From: Octopus vulgaris
Lineage: Eukaryota
Assembly: GCA_951406725.2 (NCBI GenBank)
Contig: OX597819.1
Span: 109,616,001 to 109,680,000 of the forward strand
Length of the DNA: 64,000 bases
Direction of reading: 5' to 3'
Part shown: piece after piece, positions 40,527 through 52,750 of the stretch
How the letters are laid out: every line of letters begins with the position of its first letter
Position numbering within the stretch: the stretch's first letter is position 1
Notes under the pieces: model-generated
The model's input: only the letters and a program-made list of their open reading frames with translations
Told to the model about the DNA's origin: nothing
Database searches by the model: none
Made by a program: the position numbers and the translations under genes

Positions 40527-40571
40527 TGAACTAGTACTTTCATGCATTAAATTCTGCAATCTTCAGGTTCA
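40527..40571 (-). ncRNA. Minimal type I hammerhead ribozyme in the PLE 3' region
   Basis: Minus strand: UGAAC-CUGAAGA-UUGCA(GAAUUUAA)UGCAU-GAAA-GUAC-UA-GUUCA. Canonical core, perfect stem I, palindromic stem III. Confidence 0.85.
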
Positions 40572-40993
40572 TGTAGTAGTGGTGACAGTCATGTTTCACA
40601 ATTTTTGACTGTAGCGAGATGATTGAATCTGTGCTTTACATACAGCTGTGTAGGCTCCAGATGCTAGGTTTTGCAAACTGTATTCTGACCAATCAGTGTG
40701 TAGTATCACTCAATTACTTAAGCTGATTGGTTGGTTGAGCTGATTGGTTTAGGCGTCACGTTTTGTTGGACATGTCAAGAGTCCTGTATCTTAACCCTGG
40801 CCGAAGCAGCAATTGTTGGGCAATTTTTAGAAATGTTGTAAATAGCCTTTGTCAGAGATTTTTATATTTATATATTTCAATTGTCATCATCATCATTGTC
40901 AGCACCTTAATTATTGTTGCTAGTGGTGATGGTGGTGGCAATAGAACTTTTAACCCTAAATAAGATAATTTTCCTGCTATTTAAGTATTATTA

Positions 40994-41922
40994 TTATTGC
41001 TTATTTAGCTTGGGTTCGAATTTATCAATAAAATTCTTTTCTCTGATTTTCCTCTCGATTTCACTTGGGCTGTGTAATTTGTAGAATGGAAATATTATAT
41101 ATATTTTCCGGCCACATGTTGCTAGGTGGTTACTCAAAGGTATCTGACGTACATCTGGGTCTCTAATCTGTTGTCGGTGTACACGTGAGCGTTCTGATAG
41201 TGCGTTTCCCGTCTGACCTACATATATTTCTTCACAATTTGGGCATTTGATGCAGTAAATTAAATTTCTGCTTTTGCAGTTCATATTCGCGTTTGTGAAT
41301 ATTTTCCCGGTTTTTGTATTTATATATTGGCCGGTATGTATGAATTGGCATGTGCCACATCGGCTATCAGTGCATTTAGATACAGTGAATGTTTGGTCTT
41401 TGTTGCTAAGGTCAAATTTTGCCTTTGTTAGTAATTTTTTCAAGTTTTTAGGCTGTCTTTTACTAAGAACCATAGCTCGATCCGTGATTATGTCTTTTAA
41501 TTCATTACTTTGGGCAATGATTGGTAGGTTTGCTTTGACAATGTTGAAGATATTCTGGTGACATGAGTTGTGTGTCACTATGAATGGTATGACTTGTTCT
41601 TGTTTTCCTCTTCCTTGGGTTGTCTTAAGTTGTTGTATGGGTATTTTTATAGCCCGCCGTATGCCATTTTCTATAAGTAGAGATGGGTATTTTTGTTTGA
41701 GCAAAAATTCTCTTAGTTCTGTTAGGCGTTTGTTCCTGATATTTGCATCTTCTATAATGGTACAAAATCTTCTGGCTAGGCAGTATGGGATGTTGCGTTT
41801 TGTATGTGGTGGATGGCACGACTTAAAATTTAGGTATTGATGTGTGTCTGTGTGTTTATAGTATATATGTGTGGTGATGGTGGTGTCTTTTTTAATTACC
41901 ATTATATCTAGGAATGGTAATT

Positions 41923-41924
<2 letters not shown>
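40994..41924 (-). CDS. PLE polyprotein C-terminus: RT thumb, Cys linker and GIY-YIG endonuclease (partial)
   Basis: LPFLDI..IYYKHTDTHQYLNFKSCHP; CTDSRCGTC..NCKSRNLIYCIKCPNCEEIYVGQTG..R..H; RKIREKNFIDKFEPKLN*. The annotated start at 41974 is only (TA)n translation. Confidence 0.92.
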
Positions 41925-41977
<53 letters not shown>

Positions 41978-42278
41978 TATGCTGGAGAGCGATCAGATGC
42001 AATACTAAAAAAGGAAAAGCTGAGAAAGGGTCTGTAAATATTTGCCAGATGTATCGCTAGCAAAAGACCCGTCCACCTACCCATTAACTGAAAGAAAGCA
42101 GTTTTGTTCTGTTTAAACTTCTCTCAAGGCACTTCATACATACATACATACATACATACATACATACATACATACATACATACATACATAACACACACAC
42201 ACACATATATATATACACATATACACGTATATACATGCATAGCGATACACACACGTATATGTTGATATGTATATGATG

Positions 42279-42345
<67 letters not shown>

Positions 42346-42361
42346 AGAGAGCGAGCAAGAA

Positions 42362-42414
<53 letters not shown>

Positions 42415-43125
42415 TTGAAATACTTATACATGTAAAAATACGTGCGTGACTGAATAGTTTATATCGCCTTAATTCCAGTGAAAGTGCTATATTTCTTTGT
42501 TGTAGTATTTTGAAGAACCGAATCAGGAATGAGTCTGTGTGCTTATGTTATATAAATATGTATATGTGAATAATCACAAAGCAACATCCACGTAGTCATA
42601 CACGTTATCATAATACATGCTGTATACATATATATGCTGCATACATATATATTACTTGTGTTAATGAGTGTGTCTGTTTTCGCATGTCTGTGAGTATTTA
42701 TATACTTTTGAGAGAACGAGTAGGTGTGTATGATAAATGATAGCTTCCATATTTGTGACCGATACTAGTACAAAAAAACAATCGATATCAGAATCAGTAA
42801 CACACGGCAACAAAGAGCAAAAAAGTTTGAATGGTGTTCGTTCATACTAGCACTCTAAGACTCTCTTTTGACATGATATTTCGTAGTCATCATGTTTCTT
42901 TTACTTCCGTATTTGATTTGGAGTATAAATATGTTGCTGTTATTTACTTCTATATCATCCTGATCGAACAGAGTTACGATCAAAGACATTCCTGCCGTGA
43001 TCATTACCACTAACCTTGTTGCATGTCTAGAGTTACATTATCCAATGTGTCTTTTCTTAAAACGGTAGGATGTTATCTGAGGGAGATTTGGATCTTTCTT
43101 TAGCAAATCGATATACAATGTAGAA

Positions 43126-43346
43126 CAGTGGTTCACAAACTTTTTGAGGCTGTTGCCCCCTATGTTCTGAGGCTACATTCCTAGTGTCCCCATCCACTCG
43201 CCTTAACTTAACCTAATTACCCTTTATTTCATTTGTTTAATTTTTTTTACATCCATTGCTTCCCATTATCGCCCCATTTTTCTTCAAAGCACTCCTGAAT
43301 CATTCCACTCCCCCAGGGGGCAGTACTGCCCACTTTGGAACCACTG
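43126..43346. mobile_element. hAT-type MITE (221 bp)
   Basis: TIRs CAGTGGTTC / GAACCACTG; 8-bp TSD ATGTAGAA / ATGTAGAG. Inserted within a family E repeat. Confidence 0.8.
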
Positions 43347-43839
43347 ATGTAGAGGTTTTCTAGTTGGCTCATATAAAGTAAGTAGAAATCTAAAGTCTAA
43401 GCGATTGGCAAAGAGAGGTACTTGTTTTTGTTTAGACACTATGTATATTGTATAAAAACGGGATGGTCATCGCTGGAATGCTTAGAGCAGTGTAAGCCCA
43501 GGTATTATAGCCGCTACGAATCCTTGATTTTTATTTCTGACACAGTGTATCTAGAACTACATTATCTTGTGTGTGTGTTTTTAAAGCAGTAAGATGTAAT
43601 TTTGCGGAAAATTGGGTATTGTTTCTACCAGTTTGAGTGACTACGTATAGGCTCCATTGTCGACTGGAAACAATGCAGTCGTTTGCACTGTTAGATATAT
43701 ATGACATAAATTTTCTGTGAATCACACCTTATCGTCTTAAGAAAGGACACATAAGAAATATATTCTTAGCTTCACTGAAAAAAAAAGATATAGTTCCAGC
43801 CAGAACGTCATAGCTGACATAGGAATAAAGGGAATAAGC

Positions 43840-43872
43840 ACCACCACCACCACCATCACTAACACCACCACA

Positions 43873-43903
<31 letters not shown>

Positions 43904-43922
43904 TCATCATCATCATCATCAG

Positions 43923-43974
<52 letters not shown>

Positions 43975-44041
43975 GTCGTCATCATCGTCGTCATCGTCAT
44001 CGTCGTCATCGTCATCGTCGTCATCGTCATCGTCGTCATCG

Positions 44042-44089
<48 letters not shown>

Positions 44090-44127
44090 CTATCACCACC
44101 ACCACCACCACCACCACCACCACCACC

Positions 44128-44172
<45 letters not shown>
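43840..44172. repeat. Compound (CCA)n/(CAT)n/(CGT)n microsatellite
   Basis: Directly visible; source of the spurious poly-D and poly-M ORFs. Confidence 0.95.
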
Positions 44173-44176
<4 letters not shown>

Positions 44177-45246
44177 AGAGCCACTAAGGACGCACGTGTT
44201 GTGTACAACATGAACATTCGTATATGCAATAGTGTGTGTTGAAACAAGTCATCTAGCCGGATTTGTCGGTACTGAACACGAGAATAAATGAATAAGTATC
44301 GAAAGAAGTAAAATGAGAGTGAGTGGATAGATGACGTGTTTATGACACTTTCCGTCTGGCAAACAAAGCAAGTTTGAGCGAGAATGAGAGAATTAAATTG
44401 AAAGTATGTTGTTATAAGAGGTTGGCTTTATTCTGCTTTAAATTAAGACGAGAAATAACAATCTTAATCTACTAATAGACGCAATGAAAACTTACCAGGC
44501 AATGAAAACTTTATGAAATGCAATAAAAAGTTTATGGAACGCAGTTTTCACTATCAATATCACAATAAAAGAATTTCGGAGTCATGATATTTACATGTGA
44601 ATCTTTCAATATTTTGTAAATAATATCATTATCTTTTAGTAAATATAATATCATTATTTGTAATTAAATTTTTATAACTATCATTAAATACGGTTAATGG
44701 ACCAGTAACAACGTTCTGTAAAAAGAGAAGCTAATGTGGGCGCCCCAAGTATCTATGTACTTATATTCCTTTCGTTTCAGCCGGTAAAATGCACTATAAC
44801 ATTATTAGTCTCGATCTGTTGGCTAAGATGAAAAAGTTATAATTTGCTATTTTAAACGAAATGCGAAGACTCAATGCTTTCGTCCGCCATCTTGAACGCC
44901 TCTATTCTCTGTAATTTATAAATCTCTTATCGTTTTCGTTGACACTAGTATATAAATAATAATGGAAGAATTATCTCCCTTCAATGCAAGTTATTTCGTC
45001 GATCATTAAATTGCTGTAGATTGATTCTCAACTCTCGATAAGCAGAGTCCACGATATATATTCGATTCGCGGATTCGGTTTGCCAAGACCTGATCACCGT
45101 TCTATAGCACTTACACAATTGACGCCATTTTTGGTATGAAAAATATGACATAATTCTTCAGTTCTATATTTAAGAGATGAGGAATTATGTACATTATTTA
45201 CATTATTTGTAATTGACGGATATTTGTCCTCATCTTGTTTGTTGTT

Positions 45247-45292
45247 AACACAACACTTCGGCTGATATACCCTTCAGCCTTCATCAGATGTC
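45247..45292 (-). ncRNA. Minimal type I hammerhead, mutated (GAAA to GAAG)
   Basis: GACAU-CUGAUGA-A-GGCUGA(AGGGUAUA)UCAGCC-GAAG-UG-UU-GUGUU on the minus strand. Confidence 0.6.
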
Positions 45293-45352
45293 TTGGAGAA
45301 ATTTCGAACCTGGGTTCTCATTTCTAAAGTATTTTTCGATGTTGTTGTTGTT

Positions 45353-45411
<59 letters not shown>

Positions 45412-45520
45412 TATTATTATTATTATTATTATTTTATTTTATTCAGGTCACTGCCTGGAATCGAACTCGGAATTTTGGTGTTAGTGGCCCGCACTCTTAA
45501 CCACTATGCCTTATGCCCAC

Positions 45521-45595
45521 GGGCATATGGCGTAGTGGTTAAGAGCGCAGGCTACTAACCCCAAGATTCCAAGTTCGATTCCAGACAGTGACCTG
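45521..45595 (+). promoter_or_regulatory. tRNA-like head with Pol III A and B boxes (not a functional tRNA)
   Basis: TGGCGTAGTGGTTAAGAGCG (A box) and AGTTCGATTCC (B box) at tRNA spacing. Acceptor and T stems are imperfect. Confidence 0.7.
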
Positions 45596-45635
45596 AATAA
45601 TGATAATAATAATGATAATGATGATGATGATGATG

Positions 45636-45766
<131 letters not shown>

Positions 45767-45813
45767 TCGAAAAATACCTTAGGAATAAGAACCCAGGTTT
45801 GAAATTTCCCCAA

Positions 45814-45859
45814 GACACCTGATGAAGGCTGCAGGGTATATCAGCCGAAACGTTGAGTT
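45814..45859 (+). ncRNA. Minimal type I hammerhead ribozyme
   Basis: GACAC-CUGAUGA-A-GGCUG(CAGGGUAUAU)CAGCC-GAAA-CG-UU-GAGUU. Sister copies have GUGUU, which completes stem I. Confidence 0.75.
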
Positions 45860-45939
45860 AACAACAAAGACTAGGACAAATATCCATCAATTGTAATTAA
45901 TGTAAATAATGACATAATTCTTCCTAAAATATTCTTTCA

Positions 45940-45987
<48 letters not shown>

Positions 45988-46033
45988 AACCCATGCTAGC
46001 ATGGAAAGCGGACGTTAAACGATGATGATGATG

Positions 46034-46070
<37 letters not shown>

Positions 46071-46095
46071 AAAGCATATTTTAAGAAGAATTATG

Positions 46096-46140
<45 letters not shown>

Positions 46141-46648
46141 TGTGTGTGTGTGTGTGTAAATCAATTAAACTAAAGTAAGGAATTATCATATCGGAACAAA
46201 ACTACAATTAGTGTAAGAGTGAATTCATATTCTTGATAGCGTGTTACATATTTCCCTTCACACACTAATTGTCAAATCTATACTAAACTAATGATCTATT
46301 CTGGAGATTATATCTTACATACTTTACTGATTGGCGTATTTCTATAACCTAATATTAACAACATAGATAAATTGAGACATTGCTGTATTAAGCCCAGGCC
46401 ATATCAAACTGAATAACCTCATCCATCAGGATATTTTAGGTCATGTTTACAGACTCCAAAGCCGATACGTGTGGGACGTTGCTCTTGGTTGAAACAAATC
46501 TATGTATTAGTGATTGTCTAGTTGTCTAGTTTGTTATTTTTCGGAGGGATTTGTTCCGGCATCATTTAAAGATTACGGATAACTTTTTCTTTGATAATAC
46601 TGAATGGGTCGGAACCTCTTGAAGCAAATATGTTATGTCGCAATATGG

Positions 46649-46688
<40 letters not shown>

Positions 46689-46689
46689 C

Positions 46690-47375
46690 ATTATATAATT
46701 AGGGCTTAGTAAAATAAATTAAATTACTTTGCCACATACTGAACTTTCTAGAAATAGCAGCCAAAAAGTTTTTAAGCCATTTCCACTACTTTCAGAAAAA
46801 TTCTCCTAGATAATGTTTACTCAAAAATAACTCACGAAGATATGGAGGTAAAACAGTAAAATATCACAAGTACAAAGATCATTTGAGAACGTTACGTTTC
46901 TAGATTAGCCGAAATAAAACTCAGCATTTCCTTCGTCAGCTCAACATTTCTTAATTTTGGATTTGAAAGCACTAAAAGAATGAAAATACCCGTCCGGCAA
47001 TGTATCACCTCAGACAAACACCCTCAAACTGCCAGTACTAGCAAATTCAAAATGTACAAGCGAAGATTCCCGCTTTTTCCTCTTCCACCCACGTGAGTTA
47101 TCTAGTAAACATACTATAACGGTGAGAACCGTAGTAACAGAGCCGGGAGAAAGGAATTATAATATCAATAATTGAGGGTAAAATTAATTAGTTATTAATC
47201 AATTTCACCGAGTAGTGTTCAGTATGTAAAAGGACCATTTAAGGCGTATTCAAAATATTACATTATATGATTATATAATATTACAATATATAATATTTTG
47301 AATACGCCTTAAATGGTCCTTTTACATACTGAACACTACTCGGTGAAATTGATTAATAACTAATACCCTCAATTT

Positions 47376-47380
<5 letters not shown>
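46690..47380 (-). mobile_element. PLE-type terminal repeat related to 18600-19255, with HHR-like motif and a perfect 74-bp-arm palindrome
   Basis: Shares AATTAGGG..CCACATAC.GAA..TAGAAATA and AGGGTAAAATTAATTA..AGTAG..GTATGT.AAA.GACCATT blocks. Minus-strand CUGACGA-AGG..GCUGA/UCGGC..UCU-A-GAAA-CG-UA at 46893-46939. 47187-47260 is the exact reverse complement of 47291-47364. Confidence 0.65.
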
Positions 47381-47452
<72 letters not shown>

Positions 47453-48300
47453 CATGTATGTATGTATGTATGTATGTATGTATGTATGTATGTATGTATG
47501 TATGTATGTATGTATGTATGTATGTATGTATGTATGTATGTATGTATGCATGTATGGATGTATGTATGTGTATGCATGTATACTTTCAGGGTTAAATGAA
47601 AAGACAACAAACGGAAAAAACGAACATATACACAGACGGACAGAAAACACTGAAGGTCATCAATTCTTCATCTGTTATTGGCCGGAGGGTCAAACACAAT
47701 TTCAGCCATTATCGAAAATATTGTTTTCATTCTGGAGACACCGATAAGAAACATGTGGAGAATGGGACCTCAACATAGCAAAACGAAACAGGCTAGAGGT
47801 GAGACCGTTAGCGGGCAGATGGGTTACAGGAAACAATAAACAGAATAAAGGCTTAGGGCCACAGCATTTATCTTGAGGTTAACATGCTTTGGATAACACT
47901 GATGGCCTCTTTTACAAGTTGTCCATATACAGTAGTGTTCACTAGCATGGGAGATGCTAAAGTCACTCGAAGAGATCACAAATTATCAAGGCTTGATGTG
48001 CCGTTTACATTTTATGTATTTTTTTTTTGCAACGAGCTATATATGAGTCATATTGTCGCCATTTTATTTCACGTTTCTCCTCGACTACATCCTCATAAAA
48101 CACACACACACACGCGCGCGCACACACGCACACACACACGTGATGTATACACTTACACACATTCTCATATACACAAGGCACATACACGCACATCAGACAA
48201 ATATTTGCACGCATTTCTGTGTCTATTGTAGACTTTTGCATTATTTAGTATTTACACTATTTTTCTGATCTTTCCACCTTTCTCTCTCTATATGTGTATG

Positions 48301-48346
<46 letters not shown>

Positions 48347-48473
48347 TGCATACATGTGAACGTGTATGTATATATATTGTTTATATGTATATATATACAT
48401 GTATGTTTGTGTGTGTGTGTATGCCTGTAATGGTGAGCTTGTAAAAGTGCAAGGCCGAGTTGTTTATATATAT

Positions 48474-48920
48474 ATAACCGAAAAAATTTGGAGTCAAAAA
48501 GAAGGAGTATGGTTGGACATTTACTTTCAGTCACTAGAATTGTTTCTACGCAACGCAGTTCTCCAGGCGTGCAGGTACTCGATTATGCAACCGTTTCCTT
48601 GCATTATGAGATCTCAATGTGTTTCCTCAAGCAGTATGTAAATACTGTCTCTGAAAGTTCAAGTTCTCGGCTTCAAGAGCATCTTCTCTGTCTGCCTTGG
48701 CCTGAAGTTAGTAGTACCCACTGAATCCGAGAATTTGAACTTACAGAGATAAGTTTTACATACTACTTGAGGAAACACAACGAGATCTCATAATGCAGAA
48801 AAACGATTACTTAATCAAGTACCTGCATTCCTGGACAACTATGTTGTGTAGAAACAATTGTAGTGATTGAAAATAAATGTCCAATCGTACTCCTTTTTGA
48901 CTCCAGAATTTTTCAGTTAT
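48474..48920. repeat. Fold-back element (~200-bp imperfect arms), arms carry a long-stem-II hammerhead-like motif
   Basis: 48474-48675 is inverted at 48722-48920. Right arm: UAC-UUGAGGA-A-ACACAAC(~60 nt)GUUGUGU-A-GAAA-CAAUUG-UA-GUG (48764-48865). Confidence 0.75.
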
Positions 48921-49098
48921 TTATTCATACGACAGAAGCACAAACGCAAACCTGAAATTACGTATAATACTACTGGTACTGGATAACATAGGCTGAAATC
49001 TGAAGGTGGACGAGTTTAAAAATGTACTCTACTACGTTCTTAACAGAATATACCATAACTATAACTATATGTATATATGTATATATATATATATATAT

Positions 49099-49283
49099 GA
49101 CGCCATGATGGATCGTTAGCTCCTACACGCATTTTTTTTCTTTGTATCTTTCTGTCGAAGAGCGTAGGCTCGAAACGTAAAAGACTTTTTCTATTTCTAT
49201 TCCTGAGCGCTATACTAATACATTTGTTTGTTTGTACTCCACCTGCCTTCGTCTTTTGTTTATTTTCGTAAACTTTCCCGTTA
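49099..49283 (+). mobile_element. Second copy of the ~200-bp (TA)n-embedded HHR element
   Basis: UCUUU-CUGUCGA-A-GAGC(GUAG)GCUC-GAAA-CG-UA-AAAGA at 49147-49184; colinear with 19601-19810. Confidence 0.7.
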
Positions 49284-49294
49284 TATATATATGT

Positions 49295-49330
<36 letters not shown>

Positions 49331-49538
49331 CGCGTGCGTGTGTGTGTGTATGTGTGTATGTATATATGCATGTATACACAGATATACATGTATATGTGTG
49401 TATATCTATACATATACACTATCGAATTACTGTTCGTGTGTCATTGCCCTTATGTTCCATCCTTTTATTATCGATCTATATATGTATATATACTTATAAT
49501 CATGTATCATGTGTATGTATGTATGTATGTATGTATGA

Positions 49539-49571
<33 letters not shown>

Positions 49572-49577
49572 TGTATG

Positions 49578-49624
<47 letters not shown>

Positions 49625-50360
49625 TAGACAGATAGATAGATAAATAGATAGAATCTGCTTTTCCACATTGATATTTAGGAAATTTACGTCACTCCTTCTT
49701 TGATTTGTTACTGAGTAAAAGAAACACAAAGTAGTTATCAGTTAATGCCGTACACTTGAAAAAATATAAAGAAAACTACCTTAAGAGGTTGCTTTCATGG
49801 AACAGTTAAAGCAGTTTGGCTCCTTGGTCTGTGAAGTCAAGCCGAGAGGATGAAATGCCAAATTTTAATGTCACGAATTACAAAGGAGAAGAAGACGAGA
49901 TCAGCTGTAATAATAACAACAACGACTCCGACAACAAGAAGCCATGAATGAGGCGATGACTCTGTTTGTAACCTTTATCTTCGCCAAAAACATTTGATGT
50001 CCATGTTCTAACACTGACTTTTAAATCAATTCCAACTACATGAAACGAGCCATTACAATCTTTCATGTTTTGTTCTTTATGTTATCAATGTTTACCCCTA
50101 GGTCAGACTTGCTTCAGTAAATCTAAAACCAGAGATATTTCAACCGTGACCACCCTGTTTATTTTTCAGCGAATATGGAAGACATAGTCCACCGTCCGCT
50201 ATAACATAACCTTGTCCTTTGAGGGTTTCAGTGGATTCGACCTGGTAGTCTCCGATCCAAGGATAACTTCGTTTCTTCCACCACACACAGACTCAGAGGC
50301 CCTGAAATGATTATGGATGCTGCCCTTCCACCTCTGATTGAACTATATACATGCGCGCGG

Positions 50361-50402
<42 letters not shown>

Positions 50403-50406
50403 CACA

Positions 50407-50810
50407 TTTATGGAAGATCTTGGAAGATCTAGCACGGAACTTCGGGGTTGGAAGATACACCAATCATTAGACTGGATGCCATAGCATGGTACCAAAGATT
50501 CCGCCATTTTCGTCCATAGTAAAAACCTGACACCGGAGCAACTCAGTGTTTAAAGAGCCCTAACTTTTCAATACATTGTCAAAAGGTCTCACAAATCTAC
50601 GAGATGTAGATGTTGATATGTTCAAACTATCGGAGAAAGTTTTACCAGATAAACCCACGTCACACTAAGAAACGCAAAGAAGGGCAAACCTGTCAGACTC
50701 ACAACTTCGACAAAACCGATTCCAGAGAAAGGCCTGGGAGGTGAGTCTAAAATAAACAAGGATTCGTTCTAGTGGTGGTGCCCATGCAGGGTCACATTCT
50801 CTGGCAGAAA
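50407..50810 (+). pseudogene. Decayed CR1-group LINE 3' end
   Basis: WKILEDLARNFG..VPKIP..LFNTLSKGLTNL..FK..PDKP parallels the C-terminus of the LINE at 37350-37620. Confidence 0.6.
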
Positions 50811-51110
50811 CCGATAACAGGATAATAGAATATAAAAGCTTACAGACAGTAACCAAACACATCAACATCAGAAACTGATAAATGCCAGACCACTACTTAA
50901 ACAAGTATTAGAGTCACTTTTGATAGTTCTCTATATAAATGAAAAATGTGCTTCTATATAATTCGTGTTTCTTCACCATGGTACTGGACAGATTTTAAAA
51001 GTTGGAAACCCTCTTAATTGTATTAAGAATGAGAGTCTGTGCTACACCCTTTCGTTTCACGCAGCTCTCCACCCCAGTATGTTCGCCACCCCGTTATAGG
51101 AAACACAGTT

Positions 51111-51601
<491 letters not shown>

Positions 51602-51759
51602 AGAAGGGAGAGAGAGAGAAAGAGGAGAGCGAAAATGGAAGAGAAAAAGGGAGAGAAGCAAAAGCTAGAGGGATGAATGTAGCGGGCGGAAGCAGAAAGG
51701 GCGATTAAGAGAGGCGAAGATAAAGAGATAAACGGAAAGGGAAAATGTCAGAATGGGTT

Positions 51760-52430
51760 GAAGAGAGACAGAGAGAGAGAGACAGAGAGAGAGATAGAGA
51801 GAGAGAGACAGAGAGGGGGGATAGAAGGATGGAGAAAAGGGAAGAGAGAAAGAGGGAGTGAAGGAGAGAGAGAAGGATAGAGAAAAGGAAAGGGAGAAGG
51901 AGAAAGAGGAGAAGGAAAAGAATAGAGAAAAGGAAAGAGAGAAGGAGAGAGAGAAGGAAAGAGAAAAGGAAAGAGAGAAGGAGAGAGAGAAGAGAGATAG
52001 AAGGATAGAGAAAAGGAAAGAGAGAAGGAGAGAGAGAAGAGAGATAGAAGGATAGAAAAAGGAAAGAAAGAAGGAGAGCGAGAGAAGGAGGGAGAGAGAA
52101 GGAGAGAGAGAAGGAGAGAGAGAGAAGGAAAGAGAGATAGAGAGAGAGAAGAAGAGAGAGGAGAGAGAGAAGGAGAGAGAGAAGGAGAGAGAGAAGGAGA
52201 GAGAGAAGGAGAGAGAGAAGGAGAGAGAGAAGGAGAGAGAGAAGGAGAGAGAGAGGAGAGAGAGAAGGAGAGAGAGAAGAGAGAGAGCAGGAGAGAGGAG
52301 AGAGAAGGATGGCGAAAAAGAAAGAGAGAAGGAAGGAGAGGAGAGAGTGAAGGATAAAGAAAAGGAAAGAGAGAGAGTATAGAGAAAAGGAAAGAGAGAA
52401 GGAGAGAGGAGAGAGAGAGGGAAAGAGAGA
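51760..52430. repeat. Polypurine (GA-rich) tract with 12-bp GAGAGAGAGAAG periodicity
   Basis: Almost pure purine + strand. Similar tracts at 21665-22065 and 62300-62500. Confidence 0.92.
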
Positions 52431-52750
52431 ATCAAACCGGGAGGCAAGAAAGAAGTGGAGACACGTTGACGGAAAGCAGGCCGAATCAATTTGTTAAACT
52501 AGTGTCGAGTATTGTTGTGTGAGAATGAAAACATCTTGAGAGACGAAGCATCTGTTACAACAGAAGAAATGACTTCGGTAAGATTTAAATAGCATAGAAT
52601 ATGTTTGCCTTTGTTGCTATTGTTATTGTTAACTCCGAGACGTCTCCGATCGAATAGGGTTGTAGTCGAAGGCATTACAAGCACGACTTCCTATGGCTTA
52701 TATATCAGGTATATAAAGCATCTCAGATTACATTATCCGACTTGTCCTAT

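Larger units (their letters stand above)
40400..41924 (-). mobile_element. Penelope-like element (probably Neptune-type), 5'-truncated, both ends in (TA)n
   Basis: Uninterrupted ORF end, ~590-bp 3' region with CCAAT boxes and an intact HHR. Confidence 0.92.

Noticed and set aside
45521-45595. Possible tRNA gene (also the heads at 435-507, 6147-6220 and 61313-61385)
   Set aside because: Cloverleaf stems are incomplete, there is no adjacent oligo-T terminator, and each continues into a repeat body.
52503-52583. Candidate plus-strand exon (CRVLLCENENILRDEASVTTEEMTS) ending at GTAAGA; similar candidates at 23596-23655 (-) and 3195-3340
   Set aside because: Weak acceptors, no homology I can recognise and no consistent multi-exon model.
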